Source: an uncultured Candidatus Rokubacteria bacterium
Lineage (GTDB): Bacteria; Methylomirabilota; Methylomirabilia; Rokubacteriales; CSP1-6
Direction of reading: 5' to 3'
DNA length: 64,000 nt
Assembly (NCBI GenBank): GCA_963754315.1
Contig: CAVWFS010000007.1
Location: forward strand, 672,001-736,000
Shown: piece by piece, positions 47,252 to 57,652 of the stretch
Layout: every line of letters starts with the position of its first letter
Numbering within the stretch: the stretch's first letter is position 1
Notes under the pieces: generated by a model
What the model saw: the letters and a program-made list of their open reading frames with translations, nothing else
Databases searched by the model: none
What the model was told of the DNA's origin: nothing
Translations under genes and position numbers: made by a program

Positions 47252-48394
47252 ATGCGACGCAGCACCGAGCGCTTTCTGACCACCCACACGGGCAGCCTGC
47301 CGCGCCCCGACGACTTGATCAGGATGATGTTTGCCAAGGAGGAGGGGGTACCCGTCGATGCTGCCGCCCTCGGCGCGCGCATCCGCTCCGCGGTGGCCGA
47401 GGTCGTCAGCAAGCAGGTCGAGGCCGGCCTCGCTGTCGTCAATGACGGCGAGATGAGCAAGCCGAGCTACGCGACCTACGTCAAGGACCGCCTGCGGGGC
47501 TTCGGCGGTGAGAGTCACCCGTTGCAGTACCAGGACCTGGTCGATTTCCCGGGGATGGCCAAGCGCGTGTTCGGTGATCCAGGCCGGGCCCGGCGAAAGA
47601 CGCCGGCCTGCAATGGTCCCATCGCCGTCGGCGATGCCGGCGCCGCTCAAGCCGACGCGCGAAATCTCAAGGCCGCCGTCGCCTCGGCACCGGCCGCGGA
47701 GGCGTTCTTGACGGCGGCGTCTCCGGGTGTCATCTCCCTGTTCTTTCGCAATGACCACTACCCGAGCCATGAGGCGTACCTGTTCGCCATCGCGGAGGCC
47801 ATGCAAGGCGAGTACGAGACGGTCGCCGGCGCCGGCTTCGTTCTGCAGGTCGACTGTCCCGATCTGGCGATGGGCCGGCACATCCAGTTCGCAGGGTTGA
47901 GCCTCGAGGACTTTCGCAAGATGGCCCGCCTGCACATCGCCGCCCTCGACCATGCACTCCGAAACGTCCCCGCCGAGCAGGTACGACTGCACCTCTGCTG
48001 GGGCAACTACGAAGGGCCGCATCACTACGACGTGGCGCTCGCCGACATCATCGACCTCGTCTTCCAGGCGCGTCCCGTCGGCATTTCATTCGAGGCTGCC
48101 AATCCGCGGCACGGCCACGAATGGAGACTCTTCGAGCGGCTGAGGCTTCCCGCCGGGAAGGTGATCATTCCCGGTGTCATCGACTCGACAACCAACTTCA
48201 TCGAGCACCCGGAGCTGGTGGCCGAGCGGATCAGCCGCTACGCGAAGCTGGTTGGCCGCGAGCACGTCATCGCCGGCACCGACTGCGGCTTTGGCACCTG
48301 GGTCGGCCAGGCCGCGGTCGATCCCGACATCGTCTGGGCCAAGCTGGCCAGCCTGGCCAGCGGCGCCCGTCTGGCCTCGCGCGAGTTCTGGTAG
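47252..48394 (+). CDS. Cobalamin-independent methionine synthase II family protein
   Basis: TTHTGSLPRP, NDGE, QVDCPDL, HLCWGN, EAANPRH, GTDCGF; start ATG 47252. Confidence 0.9.
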   Translation: MRRSTERFLTTHTGSLPRPDDLIRMMFAKEEGVPVDAAALGARIRSAVAEVVSKQVEAGLAVVNDGEMSKPSYATYVKDRLRGFGGESHPLQYQDLVDFPGMAKRVFGDPGRARRKTPACNGPIAVGDAGAAQADARNLKAAVASAPAAEAFLTAASPGVISLFFRNDHYPSHEAYLFAIAEAMQGEYETVAGAGFVLQVDCPDLAMGRHIQFAGLSLEDFRKMARLHIAALDHALRNVPAEQVRLHLCWGNYEGPHHYDVALADIIDLVFQARPVGISFEAANPRHGHEWRLFERLRLPAGKVIIPGVIDSTTNFIEHPELVAERISRYAKLVGREHVIAGTDCGFGTWVGQAAVDPDIVWAKLASLASGARLASREFW

Positions 48395-48401
48395 GAGCCC
48401 C

Positions 48402-49580
48402 TCAGCGCGCGGCCGCGCCTGTGCGCTTCGTGAAGGCTGGCATGACGTCCGCGGCAAACCACTCCAGCTGCTCCAGCATCACGGCTTCCGGGGTGCCAAT
48501 GGGGTGGCTGACCGAGATCCGCTCGAGCCCCGGGTATTGCTGCTCCAGGCGCATCAGGTCGTCGATGATCTGGGCCGGAGGGCCGCACAGGTATGCGCCG
48601 CCCTTGACGGCGTGCTCGATCGTGGGCAGGCCGGCGAACGGCGCACGGCGAGGATCGGCCATGGCCTCGATCTGCTCGTCGGACAGCGAGCGGACCAGCC
48701 GAAGTGGCCCGAACATCTTGAGATTTTCCTCGAAGTAAGGCGCCGCCGCCTTGATGGCCTTCTCCTGGCTATCGGCCAGCTGGAAGTGGTACCCCACGCA
48801 GAGATCCTCGCCAAGCCGAGCGTCGCGGCCGGCCCCGCGCAGCGCATCGCGGAAGCTCTCCATGACGGTGCGCATGGCGCCTCCTTCGGCCACCCCGCCC
48901 CCGATGATCCCCTTGATGCCGTGCTTGGCCATGAAATCCAGGCCGCGCCGGCTGGCGCTCTGGATCGGCTGCCAGCACTCGACCGGATGGGTGGGCCTCG
49001 GGACCACGGTGATCTCCTCGAGCTGGTAGCCCCGATAGGGCACTCGCGCCGGAATGGTGTAGTGCTTGCCCTCGTGTGAGAAGGACTCCTGGCCGAAGGC
49101 CTTGAACACGATCTCGACCTGCTCTTCGAAGAGCTCGCGGTTGGCCGGCTGGTCGAGCAACGGCGAGCCAAAGGTCTCGACTTCCCGGGTGTGGTAGCCC
49201 CGCCCCACGCCAAAGATCACACGGCCACCGGTCAAGACATCGGCCATGGCGAAATCCTCGGCCAGGCGCAGGGGATGCCACATCGGAGCGATGTTGAAGC
49301 CGCAGCCGATCCTGAGGCGCCGGGTCTGGTGGGCCAGATCGACGGCCATCATGAGGATGTTCGGGATGCATTCGTAACCTTCTGGCTGGAAGTGGTGCTC
49401 GGCGAGCCAGAACGTGTCGTAGCCCCGGTCGTCGAGCACGCGCGCGAGGGCGCGCGCCTTGTCCAGGGCCGTGGTCAGGTATTCGTTGGGAAAGCGGCGA
49501 GCATTCACGGCGGTGCCGCCGTACCCGATGTTGTCCATGTCGACGTGACCGGCGTACAGGCTGTCGAATTTCGTGATCAT
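48402..49580 (-). CDS. LLM-class flavin-dependent oxidoreductase
   Basis: WLAEHHF, WHPLRLAED, GVGRGY. Confidence 0.88.
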   Translation of the reverse strand: MITKFDSLYAGHVDMDNIGYGGTAVNARRFPNEYLTTALDKARALARVLDDRGYDTFWLAEHHFQPEGYECIPNILMMAVDLAHQTRRLRIGCGFNIAPMWHPLRLAEDFAMADVLTGGRVIFGVGRGYHTREVETFGSPLLDQPANRELFEEQVEIVFKAFGQESFSHEGKHYTIPARVPYRGYQLEEITVVPRPTHPVECWQPIQSASRRGLDFMAKHGIKGIIGGGVAEGGAMRTVMESFRDALRGAGRDARLGEDLCVGYHFQLADSQEKAIKAAAPYFEENLKMFGPLRLVRSLSDEQIEAMADPRRAPFAGLPTIEHAVKGGAYLCGPPAQIIDDLMRLEQQYPGLERISVSHPIGTPEAVMLEQLEWFAADVMPAFTKRTGAAAR

Positions 49581-49670
49581 CGCGCTCTCCGATCGCGCCC
49601 GGCGGGCGTGCTCTCAGGTCGAGGTCGAGTATATCGCCGCTCTGACTGAATCGCGTATACTCCGCACGTC

Positions 49671-52022
49671 ATGAGCCACCCACTGATCGTCGAAAAGTTT
49701 GCCATCGGGCAGTCTGTGCGCCGGCTGGAGGACCCGCGTCTCATCCAGGGTCTCGGTCATTATTCCGACGACGTGAACCTCGCCCGCCAGGCCCACGCCG
49801 TCGTGGTCCGCTCTCCGCATGCGCACGCGCGCATTCGCAGAGTTGATGGCGCCGTCGCGCGGGAGGCGCCAGGAGTGCTTGCGGTGCTGACCGGGGCCGA
49901 CGTCGCGGCCGATGGGCTCGGCAACCTGCCGACAGACTCCGCCCGCAAGCGACGCGATGGATCGCCGGCCTTCACGCCCCCGCGGCCCGCGCTTGCGCGC
50001 GACAGAGTACGCCATGTGGGCGATCCGGTCGCCTTGGTGGTGGCCGAGACGCGCGAGCAGGCCACCGACGCCGCCGCGCTGGTCGCCGTCGACTACGAGC
50101 CGCTTCCGGCCGTGACGGCCACCGCCGAGGCGGCTCATCCGGGCGTGCCGGTCGTCTGGGACGAGGTCCCGGACAATGTGGCCTTCGTGTGGGAGGCGGG
50201 CCAGCGCGACGCTGTGGCCAAGGCCTTCGCGAGCGCCGCCCACGTGACCAGCCTTGATTTCGTGGTCACCCGCGTCGCGGTGGCTCCGCTCGAGCCCCGC
50301 GCGGCCGTTGGCGAGTTCGACCGGCGCACCGGTCGCTATACGCTGCACACAGGCACGCAGGGGCCTCACGGAGCCCGTGCGCTCCTGACCGATATCTTCA
50401 AGGTTCCGCAGAGTCACCTGCGGGTCGTCTCGGGAGAGGTCGGGGGCAGCTTCGGGATGCGCAGCGGCATCTACCCCGAGATGGTGCTGGTGCTGTGGGC
50501 CGCCCAGCGGCTGGGGCGGCCCGTGAAGTGGACGTCCGACCGGCGCGAAGGCTTCGTCACCGACGAGCACGGCCGTGACAACGTGTCCAGGGCCGAGCTG
50601 GCCCTCGACGCACATGGAAAGTTCCTCGCCCTGCGGGTAGCGATCACCCTCAACGTCGGCGCCTATTTCACGCCGCGCAGCGCAGGGCCAGGCACCAATA
50701 ACGTCGGCGGGGTGGCCGGCGTCTATACGACACCCGCCATTCACGTCCAGACGACCGGCGTCTACACGAATACAACCCCAACCGGTCCCTATCGGGGCGC
50801 TGGTCGACCGGAAGCCACCTACGCCATCGAGCGCGTCATCGACGTCGCTGCACGAGAGCTCAAGGTCGACCCTCTCGAGCTTCGCCGGAGAAACCTCATT
50901 CCGGCCCAGGCCATGCCGTTCAAGACAGGGCTTGTTTTCACCTATGATTGCGGCAACTTCTCACGAAGTATGGAGATGGCACTCGAGGTGGCCGATCAGG
51001 CCGGTTTCGAGTCTCGCCGGGCGAGCGCCCGGCAAGGGGGCACACTTCGCGGTCTCGGAATCGCCAACCCCATCGAGGTGGCCGGCGGGCCCTACACGGC
51101 GGTCAACCCGGACACGGCTGAGTTGCGTGTCAACCCTGATGGCTCGGTATCCCTCTTCGCCGGCTCCACGTCGATGGGGCAAGGCAACGAAACCGCCTTC
51201 GTCCAGATCGTGAGCGATCGCCTGGGGATCCCCCCGGAGCGCATCCAGGTGTTCTCGGGTGATACCGATGCGCTCGGCGCTGGTCGAGGCAACGGCGGCT
51301 CGGGCGCCCTCACCGTCGGCGGCTCGGCCGTGGTACGGGCGACGGAGAAGATCATCGAGCGGGGCCGCCGCATCGCGGCCCGCATGCTGGAGGCCGCACC
51401 GGAAGACGTCGTGCTTCGGGACAGCCGGTTCAGCGTCGCCGGCACTGATCGCGGGGTGACCTTCAACGCCGTAGCCCGCGTCGCCTACCAGCCACGCCAA
51501 CTCCCCGCCGGCATGGAGCCCGGGTTCAGCGAGACGGCGGCCTTCACCCCGCCCGCCGTCACCTTCCCCAACGGTTGCCAGGTGTGCGAGGTGGAGATCG
51601 ACCCCGAGACCGGGATCGTCCGCATCGTCCGTCACACGATCGTCGACGATGTGGGCCACATGGTGAACCCCATGCTTGTCCAGGGACAGATCCATGGCGG
51701 CGCCGTCCAGGGCCTCGGCCAGGGGTTGTTCGAGATGCTGACGTACGAGCCGACCTCGGGTCAGCTCCTCACCGGATCCTTCATGGACTATGCGATGCCA
51801 CGGGCTGACGACATCCCGCTGTTCGACGTCGATCACCACGAGGTGCCGACCCAGGTCAACCCGCTCGGCGCCAAGGGGGTGGGCGAGGCAGGAACGGTCG
51901 GCGCGCTCCCGGCTCTCCTCAATGCCGTCAACGATGCCCTGGCGCCCCTTGGCGTGCGTCACCTGGACATGCCGGTCACGCCCGAGCGCGTGTGGCGGGC
52001 CATTCAGGACGCGAAAGGGTGA
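49671..52022 (+). CDS. Xanthine dehydrogenase family molybdopterin-binding large subunit
   Basis: RLEDPRL, VGGSFG, PYRGAGRPE, GQGNET, GAKGVGEAG. Confidence 0.92.
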   Translation: MSHPLIVEKFAIGQSVRRLEDPRLIQGLGHYSDDVNLARQAHAVVVRSPHAHARIRRVDGAVAREAPGVLAVLTGADVAADGLGNLPTDSARKRRDGSPAFTPPRPALARDRVRHVGDPVALVVAETREQATDAAALVAVDYEPLPAVTATAEAAHPGVPVVWDEVPDNVAFVWEAGQRDAVAKAFASAAHVTSLDFVVTRVAVAPLEPRAAVGEFDRRTGRYTLHTGTQGPHGARALLTDIFKVPQSHLRVVSGEVGGSFGMRSGIYPEMVLVLWAAQRLGRPVKWTSDRREGFVTDEHGRDNVSRAELALDAHGKFLALRVAITLNVGAYFTPRSAGPGTNNVGGVAGVYTTPAIHVQTTGVYTNTTPTGPYRGAGRPEATYAIERVIDVAARELKVDPLELRRRNLIPAQAMPFKTGLVFTYDCGNFSRSMEMALEVADQAGFESRRASARQGGTLRGLGIANPIEVAGGPYTAVNPDTAELRVNPDGSVSLFAGSTSMGQGNETAFVQIVSDRLGIPPERIQVFSGDTDALGAGRGNGGSGALTVGGSAVVRATEKIIERGRRIAARMLEAAPEDVVLRDSRFSVAGTDRGVTFNAVARVAYQPRQLPAGMEPGFSETAAFTPPAVTFPNGCQVCEVEIDPETGIVRIVRHTIVDDVGHMVNPMLVQGQIHGGAVQGLGQGLFEMLTYEPTSGQLLTGSFMDYAMPRADDIPLFDVDHHEVPTQVNPLGAKGVGEAGTVGALPALLNAVNDALAPLGVRHLDMPVTPERVWRAIQDAKG

Positions 52023-52025
52023 AAG

Positions 52026-52961
52026 ATGAGCAGCGATTCCATCCACGGTCAGCGCATCAGAGGCGTCCTGTCGCCCGTCGTCACGCCGTTCCGGGCGGAC
52101 CTCACGCCGGACCCCGAGCGGTTCGTCCGGCACTGCCGCTGGCTCTTGTCGCAGAACGTCGGCCTGGCGGTATTCGGCACGAACTCCGAAGCCAATTCGC
52201 TCTCGGTGGACGAGCGCATCGAGCTGCTCGACCGGTTGGTCGGCCAAGGCCTCGATCCGACTCGCATGATGCCGGGCACTGGCTGCTGCGCGCTGCCCGA
52301 CTCCGTGCGCCTGACCGACCACGCCATGAAGCTCGGTTGCGCCGGCGTGCTCATGCTGCCGCCGTTCTACTACAAGGGCGTGAGCGACGAGGGACTCTTC
52401 CGGAACTTCGCCGAGGTCATCGAGCGTGTGGGCGATCGCCGACTGCGCGTGTACCTGTATCACATCCCGCCCGTGGCTCAGGTACCGATCACCTTGCCCC
52501 TGATCGAACGCCTACTCAAGAGCTATCCTGACAGTGTGGCAGGCCTCAAGGACAGCTCGGGCGACTGGAACAACACCAAGGCGGTCCTCGACGCCTTCGC
52601 CGCCTCGGGCTTCGATGTCTTTCCCGGTAGCGAGACCTTCCTCCTGGCTGGAATGCGCAACGGCGGTGCCGGCTGCATCAGCGCCACCGCCAACGTCAAT
52701 CCCGGCCCCATCGCGCAGCTGGCGGCCACGTGGCAGGGCACCAGCGCTGATGCCCAGCAGGCGAGGCTCGATGAGATTCGCGGGATCATGCAAAGCTACG
52801 TGATGATCCCGGCTCTCAAGGCAGCCATCGCCCACTATGGAGACGACCCGGGTTGGACGACGGTGCGCCCGCCACTCGTCGCCCTCACGCAAGAAGAGGC
52901 ATCGGCGCTGATCGGCAAGCTCGCCGGCAAAGGCTTCGCGATGCCGGGGCTGCGCGCGTAA
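52026..52961 (+). CDS. Dihydrodipicolinate synthase/class I aldolase family protein
   Basis: PVVTPF, FGTNSE, LPPFYY, YLYHIP, GLKDSSG (Schiff-base Lys). Confidence 0.9.
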   Translation: MSSDSIHGQRIRGVLSPVVTPFRADLTPDPERFVRHCRWLLSQNVGLAVFGTNSEANSLSVDERIELLDRLVGQGLDPTRMMPGTGCCALPDSVRLTDHAMKLGCAGVLMLPPFYYKGVSDEGLFRNFAEVIERVGDRRLRVYLYHIPPVAQVPITLPLIERLLKSYPDSVAGLKDSSGDWNNTKAVLDAFAASGFDVFPGSETFLLAGMRNGGAGCISATANVNPGPIAQLAATWQGTSADAQQARLDEIRGIMQSYVMIPALKAAIAHYGDDPGWTTVRPPLVALTQEEASALIGKLAGKGFAMPGLRA

Positions 52962-53111
52962 GTCCAACGCAAGGGCAACGGTAACCGTCCCACGCCGGCC
53001 TGGCATACCAGAGTGCCAGGCGTGTCGCGAGCGGCCCGGGTGCGGTAACATGCGGGCCAGGCACGGTCGGCTCCCCGCGGCTCGCGGCCGGCCGCCAGGA
53101 GGGATGACGAC

Positions 53112-54167
53112 ATGGGCGAAATCTTGGGCCTGGGCGTGACCCACTACCCGCCGCTCAACGGTCTCGATCAGAACATGGCCCGTATCCTCCGGGCGGTCCT
53201 GCAGGATCCGGGATTGCCCGAGCGCTATCGCGACCCCGCCAACTGGCCGGCCGCGATGCGCCGTGAGTACGGTGACGACGGCGGCACCGCCGCCGGCGCC
53301 GCCCACCGCGCGTGGCTGGTCCAACACTTTCGCCGTGCCCGCCGGGCGCTCGACGAATTCCGGCCAGATCTCGTGATCATCTGGGGGGACGACCAGCACG
53401 AGAACTTCACGGAGGACATCATTCCGCCCTTCTGCGTGCTCGCCTACGATGAGGTCGAAGCGCGGCCGTGGCAGCGCGCGGGCAGTGCGCCCAACACCTG
53501 GGGCGAAGGGCCTGACACGGTGTTCCGTATCAAGGGGCACCGGGAGGCTGGCAAGTACCTGACCCGGCAGTTGCTGGATCAGGGAGTCGACATGGCGTAT
53601 GCCTATAAGCCCTTGCACTATCCTGGGCTCGCCCACGCGTTCCTCAACACGATCATGTTCCTGGACTACGACCGGGTAGGGTTCCCCCATCCCGTCATCG
53701 CTTTTCAGGTGAACTGCTACGGCCGGCGCGTGATCTCCCAGCGCGGCGGACGGGGCAGCCTCGCCAATCCGCTGTCCGAGAACGATCTGGACCCGCCGTC
53801 GCCGACGCCAAAGCGGTGCATGGAGGTCGGAGCCGCCGTGGCGCGGGTGATGCGGGAGAGCCCATGGCGCACCGCTCTCGTTGCATCTTCGAGCTGGTCA
53901 CATGCCTTCCTGACCGACAAGCACCATCAGCTCTATCCCGACATCGAGGCCGATCGGCAACTGTACGAGGCGCTGCGCGTCGGCGACTACGAGAGCTGGC
54001 GCCGCCGCCCCCTGTCGTCAATCGAAGAGTCGGGCCAGCAGGAGATGCTTAACTGGTACATGCTGGCCGGGGCCATGGAGGAGCTCGGCCGCAAGCCGGA
54101 CGAGTGTGACTTCATCGAGACCTGGTCGCTCAACTCCAACAAGTGCTTCGCCGTCTTCAAACCATGA
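53112..54167 (+). CDS. Class III extradiol ring-cleavage dioxygenase (LigB family)
   Basis: GVTHYP, WGDDQHENF, AHAF, ASSSWSH, GQQEMLNW. Confidence 0.82.
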   Translation: MGEILGLGVTHYPPLNGLDQNMARILRAVLQDPGLPERYRDPANWPAAMRREYGDDGGTAAGAAHRAWLVQHFRRARRALDEFRPDLVIIWGDDQHENFTEDIIPPFCVLAYDEVEARPWQRAGSAPNTWGEGPDTVFRIKGHREAGKYLTRQLLDQGVDMAYAYKPLHYPGLAHAFLNTIMFLDYDRVGFPHPVIAFQVNCYGRRVISQRGGRGSLANPLSENDLDPPSPTPKRCMEVGAAVARVMRESPWRTALVASSSWSHAFLTDKHHQLYPDIEADRQLYEALRVGDYESWRRRPLSSIEESGQQEMLNWYMLAGAMEELGRKPDECDFIETWSLNSNKCFAVFKP

Positions 54168-54769
54168 GCGCACGGGTCGAAGCGCCTGCCCTGCCCCTCA
54201 CATCCGCCGAGGGCCCGCGCCACGTCAATGGTGCGATCCCCAGGCTGAGCGGCGATATCCGCCCGCTCATCCCCAAGCTCGGGTTGCGCAACTACTGGTA
54301 CCCCGCGCTCAGAGAGCGGTCGGTCGGCTGGCGCAAGCCCGTCAAAGCGCAGTTGCTCGGCGAGGAGCTCTGCCTTTTTCGTGGAACCACCGGAGACGTG
54401 GTGGCCATCCAGGACGTCTGCCCGCATCGGGGCGCGCGTCTGAGCGAGGGCAACTGCCACTATCGCGGCACGGTGGCGTGCCCCTACCACGGTATCCGTG
54501 TGAACAGCCTCACGCCTACGGCGACCGACACCGAGGAGGGGCTCGAGCGGGGCAGCGCCTGGGGTCGTCCGCGGCCCGAGCGGCGGGCGGGCGGCCCGCT
54601 CGAATTCCGCACGATGATCCCCCTGGGACAGCTGCCGAGCCCGCGCCACTACGCGCGGGCGGCGGTGTTCCTTGCCTCGGATGACTCCGAGATGATGACG
54701 GGATTCGACCTTCGCGTCGACGGTGGCGCCATCGCCAAGTATTGGCCGTGGATCCCCCACGCACCCTGA
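54164..54769 (+). pseudogene. Chimeric ORF: Rieske oxygenase N-terminus fused in frame to an SDR C-terminus
   Basis: LRNYWYPA..CPHRG..CPYHG runs directly into IRVNSLTP..IPLGQL..AAVFLASDDSEMMTGFDLRVDGG. Confidence 0.8.
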
Positions 54770-54812
54770 GCCCGAGCCGGAACACCGAGCGAAGAGACCG
54801 GGCGCGCGAGCC

Positions 54813-55583
54813 TCACACCATCAGGCGGCCGCCGTTGACGGATAGCGTCTGGCCGGTCAGGTAGCAAGCCTCGCGCGTGGCCAGGAACAGGACCCAGCCC
54901 ACCATGTCCGCCACCTCCGCGATGCGCCCGACCAGGGTCGTCTTGCCGATCATATCGCGTTGCTCTTGACTCCTGACCGCCACGACACGCTCGGTCGCCG
55001 TGGTCCCCGGTGCGATGGCATTCGCGGTGACCCCGTACGGGCCGAGCTCGAAGGCGAGGACGCGAGTGAGGGAGTGGACACCCGCCTTGGCAGCGGCATA
55101 GGGAGGGGAGGACGGCTGGAGCGCGCTAACCCCGGCCATGGACCCGATGCTGACGATGCACCCGCTTCGCTGGCGCTTGAATGTCGGGATGGCTGCCTTC
55201 GCGCAGAGGAAGATGCTCTTGAGGTTGAGGTCGACCACCTTGTCCCACTCCTCTTCGGGCGTCTCCTCGATAGAGAGCTGCTTCCAGAATCCGCCGGCGC
55301 TATTGACCAGGATGTCAAGCCGCCCGGCTTCCCCTACGAGCCGATCGAATACGGCGGCCACCCGGCCGGCGTCGGTGACATCGCAGGCGAGGAACCTGGC
55401 GTGGCCACCTCCCTCCCGGATCCCGCGGGCTACCGCCTCACCCGCTCTCTCGTCCAGATCGACCACGTACACGCGCGCTCCGGCGTGCGCGAAGGCTTGG
55501 GCTGACCCCTTCCCGATGCCCTGTGCGCCCCCGGTGATCACCGCCACTTGGCCGGCGAAGTCGAAGGTGGCCCTGCCGCTCAT
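54813..55583 (-). CDS. SDR family oxidoreductase
   Basis: TGGAQGIG, NSAG, YAAAK, TGQTLSVNGG. Confidence 0.92.
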   Translation of the reverse strand: MSGRATFDFAGQVAVITGGAQGIGKGSAQAFAHAGARVYVVDLDERAGEAVARGIREGGGHARFLACDVTDAGRVAAVFDRLVGEAGRLDILVNSAGGFWKQLSIEETPEEEWDKVVDLNLKSIFLCAKAAIPTFKRQRSGCIVSIGSMAGVSALQPSSPPYAAAKAGVHSLTRVLAFELGPYGVTANAIAPGTTATERVVAVRSQEQRDMIGKTTLVGRIAEVADMVGWVLFLATREACYLTGQTLSVNGGRLMV

Positions 55584-55616
55584 GCTCGCCTCTCCTTGTC
55601 GGAATGGGCTGCCACA

Positions 55617-57635
55617 TTACCGGTCGTAGAGATGGCAGGCCACCCGGTGCCCTGGGGCCTGCTCGCGCAGCGCGGGTTCCTCCTCCGTGCAGGAGGGCAT
55701 GGCTTGTGGGCATCGCGGATGGAACCGGCAGCCCCGCGGGGGATTGAAGGCGCTCGGGACCTCGCCGCGCAGGATAACCTCTGGCTGGCTGTCGTCGGGA
55801 TGTCCGGGCAACGCGTTGCTCAAGAGGATCTGGGTATAGGGATGTAGAGGACGAGCGTACAGCTCCTCGCTCGTCGCCGTCTCCACGAGCTTGCCCAGAT
55901 ACATGACGCCGATGCGCGTGCTCACGTATTTCACCACAGCCAGGTCATGCGCGATGAACAGATAGCTCACCCCAAGCTGGTCCTGGATCTCGCGCAGGAG
56001 ATTCATGACCTGGGCACGAATGGATACATCGAGAGCGGACACCGCCTCATCGAGCAGGATGCATTCGGGATTGGTGGTGAGCGCCCGCGCCAGCGCGACC
56101 CGCTGGCGTTGCCCGCCCGACAGCTCGTGCGGATAGTCGCTGGCAATGCGCGGCCGGAGTCCAACCCGCGTGAGCGACGCGGCGATCCGCTCGTCGACCT
56201 CGGTCTTGCTCAGCCCGGGCTGCGTTTCTATGAGAGGCTCGCTCACGGTGGTGCGGATGGTCAGCCGTGGATTGAGCGAACTGTATGGGTCCTGGAAGAC
56301 CGCCTGGACGGCTCGGCGATAGTCGCCAAGCTCCCGCGCGCGGAGAGAGTGAATGTCGCGACCGCGGAAGAAGATCCCGCCGGTCGTCGGCCGCTCCTGC
56401 CGGAGGACGAGCTTGGCCGTGGTGGTCTTCCCGCACCCGCTCTCCCCTACCAGTCCGAGCGTTTCCCCCCGTCGCAGCTCGAAGTCGACCCCGTCGACGG
56501 CCTTGATTGTTCCGATGGTTCGGCTGAGGAGGCCCGCCCGCTGCACCGGGAAATGCTTGGTCAGGGAGCGAGCTTCGATCACCACCTCGCTCTCTCGCCG
56601 GTCGGGCGGAGGCGCCTCGAGCAGCTTCGCCGAGGCGGTCGCCCGCCTCGAGCCGATGGTCGCCGTCTCCGCCGACCGAATGCACGCCACCAGGTGCTCG
56701 GGCCCGACAGCTTCCAGCGGAGGACGGATCTGCTCGCACTCCGGGCGCGCGAGAGGGCAACGTGGCGTGAAGCTGCAACCAGCCGGCACGTTGGCCAGAT
56801 CGGGTGGTTGTCCCTCGATGGCCGTCAGCGGCTCACGCCCACGCTTCAAGGTAGGCAGGCAATTCAAGAGGCCGACGGTGTACGGATGTCGGGGGTGGTT
56901 GAAGATATCCCGGGTGCGGCCGACCTCCACGATCCGCCCCGCGTACATGACGGCCACCCGATCGCACAGCTTGGCCACGATCCCGAGATCGTGCGTGACG
57001 AAGATGAGGGCGAGGTTCGTGTCCCGCTGAATATCTTTCAAGAGCCGCAAGTACTGGGCTTGGATGGTCACGTCGAGCGACGTGGTCGGCTCGTCGGCGA
57101 TGAGCAAGCTTGGCTGGCAGGAAATCGCGATGGCCCCGGCCACCCGCTGGCGAATGCCACCGCTCATCTGATGTGGGTAGGCGTGGACGCGGCGCTCGGG
57201 GTCGCTGATCCGCACCTGGCGCAGCAGCTCGAGAATCCGCGTGTCGAGGGCACGGCCGCGTAGGCCGCGATGCAGCGCGAGCGTCTCGGCAATCTGGCCG
57301 CCCACCGTGATGGCGGGATTGAGCGAGGCCATGGGGTCTTGCAGGATCATCGCGATCTGCGAGCCGCGGAGCCGCCGCATCTCCTCAGGGCTCTTGGCGA
57401 GCAGATCCTCGCCCTCGAAGAACATCTGCCCTCCCACGATCCGCCCACCCGGTTCCGGCACCAGCCGGAGAATGGACAGACACGTCATCGACTTCCCCGA
57501 CCCCGACTCCCCCACAATCCCGAGTGTCTCCCCCCTCCCCACCGAAAAAGAAGCCCCATCCACCGCCTTGACGACTCCCCGCCGCGTGTAGATGTAGGTG
57601 CGGAGGTCCCTCACTTCGAGCAGCACGTCAGCCAT
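55617..57635 (-). CDS. Fused DppD-DppF ABC ATP-binding protein
   Basis: Two Walker A motifs ([16 protein letters not shown]), two signature motifs (MSGG, LSGGQ) and two C-terminal Cys clusters. Confidence 0.92.
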   Translation of the reverse strand: MADVLLEVRDLRTYIYTRRGVVKAVDGASFSVGRGETLGIVGESGSGKSMTCLSILRLVPEPGGRIVGGQMFFEGEDLLAKSPEEMRRLRGSQIAMILQDPMASLNPAITVGGQIAETLALHRGLRGRALDTRILELLRQVRISDPERRVHAYPHQMSGGIRQRVAGAIAISCQPSLLIADEPTTSLDVTIQAQYLRLLKDIQRDTNLALIFVTHDLGIVAKLCDRVAVMYAGRIVEVGRTRDIFNHPRHPYTVGLLNCLPTLKRGREPLTAIEGQPPDLANVPAGCSFTPRCPLARPECEQIRPPLEAVGPEHLVACIRSAETATIGSRRATASAKLLEAPPPDRRESEVVIEARSLTKHFPVQRAGLLSRTIGTIKAVDGVDFELRRGETLGLVGESGCGKTTTAKLVLRQERPTTGGIFFRGRDIHSLRARELGDYRRAVQAVFQDPYSSLNPRLTIRTTVSEPLIETQPGLSKTEVDERIAASLTRVGLRPRIASDYPHELSGGQRQRVALARALTTNPECILLDEAVSALDVSIRAQVMNLLREIQDQLGVSYLFIAHDLAVVKYVSTRIGVMYLGKLVETATSEELYARPLHPYTQILLSNALPGHPDDSQPEVILRGEVPSAFNPPRGCRFHPRCPQAMPSCTEEEPALREQAPGHRVACHLYDR

Positions 57636-57652
57636 TCCGAACACCGAACGGC

